Assembly (NCBI RefSeq): GCF_030144855.1
Contig: NC_082729.1
Coordinates: 35,402,001 to 35,466,000 of the forward strand
DNA: 64,000 nt
Source: Hypanus sabinus
Lineage: Eukaryota
Reading direction: 5' to 3'
Of the stretch, positions 1-12,000 are shown piece after piece (position 1 is the stretch's first letter; each line of letters begins with the position of its first letter). The translations under genes were made by a program, and so were the position numbers. The notes under the pieces were generated by a model that did no database searches, was not told the origin of the DNA, and saw nothing but the letters and a program-made list of their open reading frames with translations.

Positions 1-1098
1 AAAGAGAGAGGGAGCAATTACCAGAATAAGAAGGTGGGGAAGCAGGTGATGGGTGAGACCAGGTCAGAGGGATGGTTGGTGGGCAGAGGAAGGGGGATGA
101 AGTAAGAAGCTCGGCGGGGAGAGATAAGGGGTTGAGGGAGGAAAGGAGAGTGGACCATGGGAGAAAGGGAAGGAGGAGGGACACCAGATGATGGGTGAAT
201 TGGGTGAATGAGGAAAAGAGAAGGTTAATAGACCCAGAAAAAGAGAGAAGTGGGGGGGGGGGGGAACTGATGTTGATGTCACCAGTCTGGAGCCTACACA
301 GATGAAATACAAGTTGATGCTCCCCCACCCTACGTGTGGCCTAGAGGCGGCCATGGTCCAACATGTTCAAAGTTAATTTGTTATCAGAGTACTTATTTGC
401 CACCATGTATTGCTGCTTATTTGTGGTTGCACTCCTTATAAATGTGTTCAATGCTGGGGAGGGCTTATCCTGCGATGGACTGGGCTAAAGGGAGGCCCTC
501 ATTTGTTTGGGATCGACCATTGACTTTGTGTCCTAGATGGATAAGCCAGGGCAGTATGATATGGAGAGCCGTGCAGCAGGCTCTCTTCCCCCCTCATGCA
601 GCTGATTAATCCAAAGGAACAGTAGAGACCGAGATGTTCTGGCACCAGTGGTATCACAGGAGTTGCAGTCAGCACTGAACTCAACGTAGGACTGCCGTGG
701 TGATCTTTCCTCGGGAGTTTACTCGCAAAGCCTTCCTTCCCAGTGAGTGGGTACAGCAGCTGTTTAAGATCAGAGTTTTCCTCCTCCTCGGAGAGCTGCC
801 AACTGCGGCGGACAAGCCTAGAGCAACCAGTGTTCAGGCTCTAGCAACCCGCCTTTGCCCCTTCTCCAGTGGAAATAGTTCCACCGGGCTTAGTAGCTAA
901 GCCACACAGGAAGGCCAGGAGCTGGAGCTGAATGTCAGAGGCTACTTGAGACACATGCCACTGGGAGCATTTCAAGTTCGAGTTGAATTGTCATTCAACC
1001 ATACATGAATACAGACAAACAAAACAGTGTTCCTCTAGATCCAGGGTGCAAAACCGAGCACCGACAGTCATATGCAGCCCAAAGCAATATAACACATA

Positions 1099-3214
1099 TA
1101 CAGTACTGTGCAAAAGTTTCAGGTACATGGGTGATTCCTTAATTAGAGTTACTTTTCTGTCCCTGGGGTAGATTTTCAAGAAAAAGATAGTTTTTAAAAA
1201 AAACGAGTGCTGTGGTTTTAAAAGTTAGATGATAGTAATTTTAACCTTTTTCAGTATGCTTCATAAACAATATTTTCTTAATTTTTAAGCAAGTTAAAAT
1301 CTTGAATGTGTCAGAACTTCACTATTTTGGACAGGTCCCCTACCAGACTTTTCAACCTTGTCTTCAAAATAAAGTAATAATAGGTATTAAACTCTTGAAA
1401 CTTTTAGTTTGTATTTTCTCACCAGAACTTTTAAAACAGATGTCAAATTCATGTGGGTTATTCTTTTATACAATTTGTACATTTTTTCTGACAAAGGACA
1501 ACTGTCCCCAACACTTCTGTCATTACCAACACGCAACACATTTTAGAAACCAGTCAAGTTTTTTCAAACAAATGCTTGTGTGGTTGTCATGAAAATGAGA
1601 AGTGACTGTCAAGGCGGAAGACAGACATTTTGATGTTCAGAAATGTGAGTAATTTAAAGATTTATACCTCCTGATCTGAGAGTACTTTTATTATGTGTCA
1701 TTACCAAGCAAATTACTATTTGAGTGTTTTAACTGAAAAATAAAAGACTTCATTTATTTCTGTACACTTACATTACATTTACATGCTATCTATCCAGTCA
1801 AGTTAGCAAGTGCAAGACTTGGTCAACTTTTTCTTTAGAAAGTGAGAATCATCATTACCACCACACAGCTGGCGGTGAAGTTTTCAAGATAGCCTCAAAA
1901 TCATCAGCAGTCCAATCAAAAAATAATACAAGAGACAATTAAAGATCCAGTGACATATCAGCAGTACCTTGAAAGAGAAGCAGACAGATACAAAAAAAAG
2001 GGAGACCGCAAAACTCACAATCATCTCACAATTAGCAAAGCAAAGACTGAAGAGACGACAGTGGAGAGTTAATCAAAGATTCAAAAGGGCTGCTGATAAG
2101 AAAAGACAGGCAGTTCAAAATTTTATTGCAGAGAATACCCTGCCAAAATCTCCAGTAGGCCAGCAACAAAAACAAAATTACTTCCGTCTTCCTGAGGCTT
2201 CATGTATGCACTAATGGAGGCTATGAGAGGATCCTTTAAATTTCAAGTGTTGCTTTTTTTCGGAGCTGTTGAAATTTCTATCAATGTTTCATTAAGTCTT
2301 ATTGATAAAAAGAAGTGCATAGAGGGTTGAGTAAATGTTTTGTCAATGTTAAATGAAAGTATTCTCTCTTATGGCCAGTTGAAAAATAATTATCTGTATA
2401 ATCTGTTTGAACTTTGAATTGCTGCTTAATCCAGAGTTAGGGAGAGTTCGGCAGATGTTTTGTAAGTATTATTGTGGTTTTTTTTAAAAACAAGACCAAC
2501 AGTTCCTGGTTTAGCTGGGCTGCCTATGCTCATTTTTCATGTGGGTGTTTTTAACAAATTTCTCTAGCTGTCTGCCTTAGAAACTGATCTCTTATGTAAC
2601 TTTGTTAAATAGTGCAGACTGTAAATATGTTGTTTTAATTATGTGTTGTTTCTTCCGGTTGTCAGAGTTAATGACCATCACAGACAATATTTTGATATGG
2701 AAATAAAGTTTTGTTTAGTAACTGAACTTATTTGCTGGAGTCAAGTGCATTGCTGCCAAAATCATCATTCCGTTAAATTTCCAGAAGTCTAATTAGTGAA
2801 CAAATATTTCGTTGTTCAGTCAAGGTAAATATTGACACGTTTAGGAAAATGTATCTCAAAAATATATACTGAATGTAGTTAGGAATGAATTAAAACAAAC
2901 TTATTAAAGGGGTGCAGGATTGACCTTGAAATCTATGTTTGTCATTTTGTTTTAAATTTTGAGGGTGTGATGGGAATAACATGCACGCATGGAAACTGCA
3001 AAAAACCCTTAAAATATAAAAGTTCTCTTAAAGGCTGATCAATGCCAAGGTCAGGTCTTCATTCCAGAGCCTAAAATAAAGATTATAATATAAACCAAAC
3101 TGAGTTTCCAGAAATTTCATTTTTCAGAATTTCAAGTAGTCAAAAGGGCCACTAATTCAAGAATCACTCACATACATATCGCTAGAGAGCCTAAGACTTT
3201 TGCACAGTACTGTA
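1099..3214. mobile_element. Short Tc1/mariner-type MITE split by the Sola2-like element
   Basis: Perfect 19-bp inverted repeat TACAGTACTGTGCAAAAGT (1099-1117 and 3196-3214). A short uninterrupted relative sits at ~3555-3611. Confidence 0.7.
1129..3169 (+). mobile_element. Internally deleted DNA transposon, Sola2-like, 2,041 bp
   Basis: Imperfect TIRs GGGTGATTCCTTAATTAG.. and ..CTAATTCAAGAATCACTC (GRG...CYC termini) flanked by 4-bp TSD ACAT (1125-1128, 3170-3173). Basic, coiled-coil-like relic ORF at ~1940-2214. The superfamily call rests on termini and TSD only. Confidence 0.6.
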
Positions 3215-5939
3215 GTAATTTTATATATTGCTGCAAAAAAACAATTTCATGACATGATTTCATAATTCTGATGTGGATCGCTATTGTGCGCTGAGAGTGG
3301 GAAGGGGGCAGGGAGAGGGGAATCATGGTTGGGGAAAAGGGGAAGGGAGAGGGGGGGGGAGCAGGAAGCACCAGAGAGACATTCTGTAATGATCAATAAA
3401 CCAATCGTTTGGAATCAAATGACCTTGTCTGCATCCACGCCACCCCTCCCCCTCCCTCGGCACTCCTTCTCTGCCACCTTTCCCACACCCCACCCTCACG
3501 ACCCCCAATGTCCAGATTTACAAACTCGCTGTCCACTCCACGTTGACTAATGCGGCTCTGTGCAAAAGTCCTCGGCATCTCTACGTGCCTAGGGCCTTCT
3601 CACAGTACTGAAAGACAGCAGTAAAATACAATCACACGAAAGAGTCCGAGTCCGTTAGTGTTGCAGTCGAGTAAACGTATGGTTTATCTTCTGTCCAGCA
3701 ATCACTGCGGATATGCGAGAGGGGTGGGGAAAGGGGGAGGAGGGGGGGAGGCAGCCCTGACTCCATCCAACCCACCATCCCATCATGGACTCTCCCCCTG
3801 GGCAGCTGCTAACAGGTGACATTGTGGCTTCAGGCCCCCTCCTCGCCATGACTGAGCCCATTTAATAGGCAGTGGGAGCTTATCCCCACCATGGCCCACC
3901 CCGGCTATGACAACCTTAAGGAGCCACTGGGCTGTATCCTCCTCATTCTGTAGGCCTTTCCATTCCTGGGCATTGGGGTTTCCATATCAGGCCATGATGC
4001 AGCCGGCCAGCTCTCCACTCCAGGCGAGAGGGTGTGGGAATGGGGAGTGGAATTGAAATGGGGGCCACTGGGAAACCCTGCCTCCGGTGATTGACCCAGA
4101 GAAGGTTCTTTATGGGTGTGGTTCCCTGCTGGTGCATCAGAAAGAAGTTTGATCCTTTCTTGAAGCACCTCGGCAGAAAACAGTCCAGTAACTATTCCCT
4201 GAGTCTCTCTGTAAGCCTTGCAGCCACTTACCCTCTGAGGTGCAGCAGTACAAGATTCCAGTCACCGCCATGGCGCAGAGCCCGAGTATCCCCAGAACAG
4301 CTCCAACAATGATCAAAGCTTCGTTCTCAACCAGTGCCTTGTGTTCTGTGGAGAAAACGTTGGAGGTTTTGTGATGTCTGGGTAATTTTTTCTGAAAATC
4401 TAGCAGCGCTATTCCCCAATGTATCGCCTAATGCCACAGACTGTGTAAAATATTTCTGATGGGAGTGCCTGTCGGTTATGTGCCATGTTGTTTGACGTGG
4501 GCAATCATGGCCACGATTGCTCTTGGCAAGTATTTCCACAGAAGTGGTTTGTCACTGTCTTTACAAGATGGGTGACTCCCAGCCATTATCAATCTCTTCA
4601 GAGATTGTCTGCCTGGTATCGGTCATTCCATAACCAGTATTTGTGATCTGCACCGGCTGCTCATATGACCATCCACCACCTGCTCCCATGGTTTCACATG
4701 ACCCTGATCGGGGGCTAAGCAGGTGCTACACCTTGTCAAGGGTGACCTGCAGGCTAGCAGAGGGAAGGAGCACCTTACACCTCCTTTAGCAGAGACGTAC
4801 ATCCAGTCTAACACCCTAGGAGTGTTTGTATGTGCAATAAGAAACTGTTAATCTGTCAGAGCACACTTTGGTGTTGAACCTTTGGGAGATGCGAAACAAT
4901 TGCACAGACAAGGGGATTAACAGGTCCACTGTGACTCAGTTCAAAATGATGCACAATAATCTTACTTTTGGAGAATTGTGTTCAGTTCCAGTCACTGAAC
5001 ACTGAAGGATGTGGAAGCTTTGGAGAGGTTGCAAAAGATGCTGCCCGGATTGGAGAGCGTGCCTTGTGAGGAGAGGTTGAGCAAACTCAGGGTTTCTCTT
5101 TGGACCAAAGGAGGAGAAGAGGTGTCGAGACATATATGGTGATGAGGCCTAGATTGAGTAGCCAAGGTGGAACTGGCTACTATGAGGAGGCACAAATTTA
5201 AGGTGATTGGGGAAAAGTATGGGGGGGTGGGTGTCAGAAGTGAAACTTTTTACACAGAGAGTGTTTGGTGCATGGGGTGGGAGTAGAGACAGATACATTA
5301 GGAGCATTTAGGAGTCTTAAATCGGCACATAGATGATAGAAAACTAGAGGGCTTTGTGGATTGATTTTCTAGGTTCTTATTCTGCTGACAAGATGGCTGA
5401 TGTAGTAGACGTGTTTGAGTTAGAGAGTGCAGAGCAGGAGTATTGTCCATTTCCATTTGGTGGGGCGGGGGGGGGGATTATCCAGTCTCCAATGAGACCG
5501 TCATAAAATTTAATTTCCCTAGTTCGCAAGGCAGGGGGGATTGGCCTGTTCAAGTGACAATAACTTTGTACCAGTTGCATTTGAGTCACCAAGGCATAGG
5601 AGGCTACGAACCAAGTCCGGGTAAAGAGAATTGGTAGAAGAGAACAACCACTTGAGTCGAGTAAGACACTCCCTCGAGTGGTTGTTCTCTTAAAGGAGAT
5701 CATCTGGGAGTGGCTTTGCATGGGGAGTCTGAGGCACTGGCAGGCACCGTATGGTCCTTCACAGATTGGGGGTCACGGTCCAGTGGCCTGGAGTGCAAGG
5801 TGGCTGGGGACCTTCACTGCTGCAGCCTTCCCCCGACTTCACTGCTGTTGTGATGTGCTATCATCTTCCGCCAGCCCACCGTTGAGATCTCAGTTGGAAC
5901 ACTCTTCAGAACATATAACCATATAACAATTACAGCATG

Positions 5940-7450
5940 GAAATAGGCCATCTCGACCCTCCTAGTCCATGCTGAACACTTACCCTCACCTAGTCCCACT
6001 GACCTGCACTCAGCCCGTAACCCTCCATTCCTTTCCTGTCCATATACCTATCCAATTTTTTTTATGACAATATCAAACCTGCCTCAACCACTTCTACTGG
6101 AAGCTCATTCCACACAGCTACCACTCTCTGAGTAAAGAAGTTCCCCCTCGTGTTACCCCTAAGCTTTTGCCCCCTAACTCTCAACTCATGTCCTCTTGTT
6201 TGAATCTCCCCTACTCTCAATGGAAAAAGCCTTTCCACATCAACTCTATCTATCCCCCTCATAATTTTAAATACCTCTGTCAAGTCCCCCCCAATCTTCT
6301 ATGCTCCAAAGAAGAAAAACCTAACTTGTTCAACCTTTCTCTGTAACTTAGGTGCTGAAACCCAGGTAAAATTCTAGTAAATCTCTTCTGTACTCTTTCT
6401 ATTTTGTTGACATCTTTCCTATAAGTCGGTAACCAGAACTGTACACAATACTCCAAATTTGGCCTCACAAATGCCTTGTACAATTTTAACATTACATCCC
6501 AACTCCTATACTCAATGCTCTGATTTATTAAGGCCGGCATACCAAAAGCTTTCTTCACCACCCTATCCACATGAGATTCCACCTTCAGGGAACTATGCAC
6601 CATTATTCCTAGATCATTCTGTTCTACTGCATTCCTCAATGCCCTACCATTTACCATGTATCATAGAACAGTACAGAACAGTAACAGGCCATTCGGCCCA
6701 CAATGTTAGGCCGAACCAGCTAAAAAGCAAATGAAACACTGATCCCTCCTACCTATACCGCGTCCATATCACTTTATCTTCATTACATCCATGGGCCTAT
6801 CCAAACATCTCTTAAAAGCCTCTAATGTATTTGCCTCTACCCCCATACCAGGCAGCGCATTCCAGACATCCACAACGCTGAGTAAAAAAACTTACCCCTC
6901 ACATCCCCCTTGAACCTACCCCCTCTCACCTTCAATGCATGCCCTCTGGTATTAGGCACTTCAACCCTGGGAATCAGATACTCCCTGTCTACTCTGTCTC
7001 TGCTGCTCATAATCTTATAAACCTCTACCAGATCTCCCCTCAGCCTCTGCCACTCCAGAGAAAACAACCCAAGTTTTACCATGCTTTCCATGATAACATG
7101 TGCCCTCCAAACCAGGCAGCATCCTGGTAAAACTCTTCTGCACCCTCTCCAAAACCTCAGCATCTTTCCTGATGATTGGATCTATATGCAATAGTCCAGA
7201 TGTGGCCTAGATAGAGCTTTATAAAGTTGCAACATAACTTCTTGACTTTTGAACTCAATGTCTTGACTAATAAAAGCAAGCATTCCATAAGAAAGTGAAA
7301 GTGTAGTCACTTTCAAAGTGCTATGAACTTGGATCCCAAGATCTCTCTGCTCAGCAACAATGGTGTACTGTCGCCTCACATTTGCCCTACCAAGATGCAA
7401 CACCTCACATCTAGCTGGGTTAAACTCCATCTGCCATTTGTCCAGAACTC
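5940..7450 (-). mobile_element. Two tandem CR1 (HER1-like) LINE 3' fragments
   Basis: ORFs 6062-6657 and 6837-7430 encode the CR1 RT C-terminus (DLGIxVHSSLK, LVRPxLEYCVQFW, FFTQRVV) with frameshifts. Confidence 0.85.
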
Positions 7451-7469
7451 ACTACCTCACTACCGAGGG

Positions 7470-7704
7470 TTACCCTACCAGGAGCCAAGCTCCAGCTGGC
7501 ATCGCTCTAGGAAGCTCAGGATCTGATAAGACTCTCCGCCATGTAAAGGCAATAAGCCTCAGAGAAGAGAGTTGCTGTGTATGGTTGATTGGTAGTTAGT
7601 ATGGATGTGTTGGGCCAAATGGCCTTGTACTGTGCTCTATAACTTGACTCTAACAATTGCCAGCAACAGAGACAATGAGAGAGGCCTCAAGTTATTGGGA
7701 CTTG
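7470..7704 (-). other. Candidate disrupted WB CP/TM/cytoplasmic exon, split by a ~70-bp CR1 3'-end fragment
   Basis: Pyrimidine tract and aag| 98 bp after the beta2 donor give in-phase ASPNNLRPLSLSLLLAIV. A CR1-like tail follows (~7580-7651), then unique sequence reading ..LIAFTWRRVLSDPELPRAMPAGAWLLVG*. A clean TM needs a 1-nt indel or an unusual splice. Confidence 0.3.
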
Positions 7705-7802
7705 CTTGAGGCAGAAAGGGACTAAGAGGGATTCTGCGTCATCAAGTAGGTATCAATGTTTTTACTGCATCAGACGACATTTCCCCAACTCGCTGTTCTT
7801 AC

Positions 7803-8072
7803 CAAGAGGGATCTGCAACTTTCCATCAACTGCCTCGTGTTCCAGCTGACAGATGTACCCCTGGCTGTCTCCATCCAGGGGATGGACACTCCTAACTTGA
7901 AAAGTCCCATCACTTTGAGGGACAACATTGGTCACATCTGATCCATTGTCAGCGACTTTCCCGTTTCTGACCCAACGCACTTTAATGTCCCGGGGGAAGA
8001 AGTTCTTGGCCGTGCACACCAGGTACATTTGGCCCCGTTTCTTCTGCATGAAGGCTCTGGTATGAGTAGGAG
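7803..8072 (-). CDS. MHC-WB: WB exon 3, Ig-C1 beta2 domain with class I alpha3 features (A)PTHTRAFMQKKRGQMYLVCTAKNFFPRDIKVRWVRNGKVADNGSDVTNVVPQSDGTFQVRSVHPLDGDSQGYICQLEHEAVDGKLQIPL
   Basis: Acceptor ttccttcacag|, donor CTTG|gtaaga, 270 nt, phase 1-1. LxC..FFP..I.V.W..NG and YxCxxxH motifs. PQSDGTFQ matches HLA PAGDGTFQ, not class II beta NGDWTFQ. Confidence 0.92.
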
Positions 8073-9009
8073 CTGTGAAGGAATTGGAGAACAAAACACT
8101 GCAAGTTATTGAATCACAAACAAGAAAAAATCTGAAAGTGCTGGAAATCCGAGCAACACACACAAAATGCTGGAGGAACTCAGTAGCCCAGGCAGCACCT
8201 GTGGAAAAAAGTACAGTCAACATTTCTGGCCGAAACCCTTCGGCAGGATTGGAGAAAGGGTTTCAGCCTGAAACAGATGAAATGTGACTAGACTTTGGAA
8301 TGTGGATTAGCCTGATGGAATGTGGACTAAATTGACAGGCTCAAGAGAGAGAGTTTTACATGTTTCCTGATACTATCCTTCACATGAAAAACCAGCTTGA
8401 AACCAAATACCTGAAAGCATTGTGAGAAACAACAGAATCTCCTAGGGAACTTGGACAACATTCCTTCCTTGATCGTGAACTTTAAATCGGCACTCCTCAC
8501 CTAAGAATTCTTGTTCAGCATCTTCTCCACCAAACACATTGTGAAATGTTTCATGTTTTCTTTTTTTAAATCACAGTAACCTCAATATTTAATCTCATTC
8601 GTTCTTCCTTCACAGAATGCAAAACTGGACTCCACATCTCGGGAATGTTCGACGAGTTTTATTTCCATGAGAATCCCAACAATTTTCTTTTAAATGGAAG
8701 TTTTCCACTCAACATATCTCTGTGACATCTGGGGTATTTTTTTCCCCAGAGTGAGTATGTGAGCCAAAAGACCCGCTCGATGTTTTATTTACATCCTCAG
8801 CTCCTGCAGCTCCTCCAAAATGCCTGGAGACTCGATACTCACTGCCTTGGTGAAGTAGCCAACATAATCAAAGACCCCACCCACCCTGGACATGCTCACT
8901 TCTCCCCTCTCCCATCAGGCACTCCATCCCACTGCACTAAGACTAATGACCAAATCCCTAGTATGATAAGATGGACTCTTGACCTCACAATCAAAGCCTC
9001 ATCATGCAC

Positions 9010-12000
9010 CTTATTCTTTCTTTTTCAATCCTTTTATTAAACTTTTCAAGACAAATACATAAGTCATAATAGTGCAAAGGGAGTGGGATTACATTGTTGG
9101 CAATTAACACATGAGTAAAAACTATAAATAGCACCAATATAATTGACCTCCCAAACCCTTAATATAAACAAGATGCAAAAAAAGATAGGAAAAAACCCAA
9201 ATTGAAAAATCAAAAAACAAAATAAACTAAACTAAAACTAAACTAACCAAAGCTGGGCTATTCAATTATATCAAATAAAATCATTAGTGTCATCAACTCC
9301 ACTCCTCTACTCAAATCAATGAAAGATGTAAAGGAATCAGAAAAGGTCAGATTGCATTCTATGAAAGTATTGAATAAAAGGCCTCCAAGTTTCTTCAAAT
9401 TTAACTGAGGGATCAAATGTACCACTTCTAATTTTTTCAAAGTTTAAACAGGATATCGTTTGGGAAAACCATTGAGATGTCGGAGGATTCATCTCCTTCC
9501 AATTCAATAAAATACATCTTCTAGCCATTAAGGTAGCAAATGCAAACATCCGCCGAGCTGCAGAGGGCAGATCAAACATTGGTAAGCCGAAAATTGCAGT
9601 AATACGATGAGGTTGTAAATCCATGTGCAAAACTTTAGAGAATATATCAAAAATATTTTGCCAAAATTTTTCCAAAAGAGGGCAGGACCAAAACATATGA
9701 CTCAGAGAGGCTACCTCAGAGTGACATCTATCACAGATCGGATTTATATGAGAATAAAATCAAGCTAATTTACCTTTAGACATATGAGCTCTATGAACCA
9801 CTTTAAATTGAATCAACTTATGTTTAGCACAAATAGATGAAAAATTAACTAATTGCAAAATTTTCTCCCATTTCTCTATAGGTAAAGAAAGTTGAAGTTC
9901 CTTCTCCCATTCATTTTAAATTTTATTAGATACATCTGGCTGTATATTCATAATCATACCATAAATGATTGCTATTAAACCCTTTTGATAAGGATTTAAG
10001 CCTAAAATTTCTTCCATGATATCAGCTGGATATGAAATGGGAAAAGTCAGTAACATCATAATTTAAAAATCTCTAATCTGTAGGTATCTGAAAAAATGGG
10101 ATCTGGGAAAATTATATTTATTAGACAACTGTTCAAAAGACATGAAACAGTTATCCAAAAATAAATCACGAAAACATATTACAGTATACCCTTTGTTTTC
10201 CAAACCAAAAAGGTTTGATCCATGACAGAGGGTTGAAAGAAAAAATTAGGTATAATAGGACTTGATAAAATAAATTTATTCGAGCCAAAAAATTTACAAA
10301 ACTGAAACCATATTCGTAATGTATGTTTAATTATTGGATTAACTTTATTCAATTTAGAAAGAACCAAGGGAAGCGAGGTCCCTACAATGGAAACCAATGA
10401 TAATCCTTGTGCTGAACTACATTCAAAATTAACCCATTGTGGACTGACATTCATATCCATGTCTTGTGTCCAAAATATTAAATATCAAATATTAATTGCC
10501 CAGAAATAAAATCTTAAATTTGGCAGTGCCAAGCCACCATTCATTTTGGATTTCTGAAAGTATTTTTTACTTAGCCTAGGATTTTTATTCTGCCATATGT
10601 AAGACGTAATTTTAGAGTCAATAGTATCAAAAAAGGATTTAGGAATAAAGATTGGTACTGATTGAAAAGATATAAAGATTTAGGTAAAATAATCATTTTA
10701 ATAGTATTAATTTGACCAATCTATGATGTGGACAGTAAGGTCCATTTAATAAGCGATTGTTTGACCTGGTCTATTAAAGGTAAATAATTGATGTTAAATA
10801 AATCCTTATGTTTTTCAGTAATCTTAACACCTAGATAAGTAAAAGAATTTGTAACCAATCTAAATGGTAAATGTCTATAAATTGGAACTTGCACATTTAA
10901 AGGGAAAAGTTCACTCTTATTAAGATTCAGTATGTAACCAGGAAAGTTACTAAACTGAGCGAGCAAGGATTTAGCAGCAGGAGTGGATTTCTCAGTATTT
11001 GAAATATATAATAACAAATCATCTGCATATAATGATAACGCGTATCACATTCCTGCGGGAAATGCCAAATATAGAAGGTAGGTCATGAATAGCAATAGCT
11101 AAAGGTTCCAGGGCAATATCAAATAATAGTGGGCTAAGAGGGCAACCTTACCTAGTACCACGAAACAACTGAAAAAAGGAGATCTTCTGTTATTGGTAAG
11201 TACTGAAGTCATGGGGGCGTAATATATCAATTTAACCCAAGATATAAATTGCAGGCTAAAATTAAATTTCTCAAGCATACTAAATAAGTATGGCCATTCA
11301 ATCCTATCGAACGCTTTCTCGGCATCCAATGAAATGACACATCCTGGAATTCCAGATGAGAGAATATAAACAATATTCATTAATCTAATATTAAAAACGA
11401 ATGGTGGTTTTTAATAAATCCGATCTGGTTGACCGAAATAATTCCAGGCAATACACTCTCCAATCTAGTTGCCACTATTTTTGAAAAAATCTTAGAATCT
11501 GCATTCAATAAGGATATAGGCCTACATGATGCACATTCAGTGGGATCTTTATCTTTTTTAATAATTAAGGAAATAGAGGTACCATAGAAAGGTTTTGGTA
11601 ATTTACCTATAAATAGTGCATCCTTAGAGATTTTAGATAGCCAGAGAGAAAGTATAGTGGAGAAGGGTTTTAAAAATGCTAGTGTATAACCATCTGGGCC
11701 AGGTGCTTTACCTGAATTCATTGAAGAAATAGCGTCTTTTATTTCTAGTTCCATAACAGGAGCATCTAATACTAAACATTCATTCAGTGATAATTTTGGA
11801 ACATTCAATTTCCTTAAGAACTCATGCATTATAGTGGGATCATCAGGAGATTCTGATTGATATAAGGAGGTATAAAATTCTTGAAAAGATTTGTTTATCT
11901 TATCATGTTCAACCATCATAGTTCCATCTTGTTTACGAATTTTAATAATCTGACGTTTAACTGAAGCAGATTTCAATTGGCTAGCTAATAGTTTACCAGA

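Noticed and set aside
1880-2240. Hydrophobic minus-strand translations as a WB TM exon; 1.1-3.2 kb as the 3'UTR of a neighbouring gene
   Set aside because: The segment lies inside a TIR/TSD-bounded transposon, and T-rich strands translate as hydrophobic by composition.
3790-3990. Alternative WB TM candidate (..EWKGLQNEEDTAQWLLKVVIAGVG..) on the minus strand
   Set aside because: Available acceptors give the wrong phase or an early stop, and a TM needs two frameshifts plus a stop read-through. Not supportable without cDNA.
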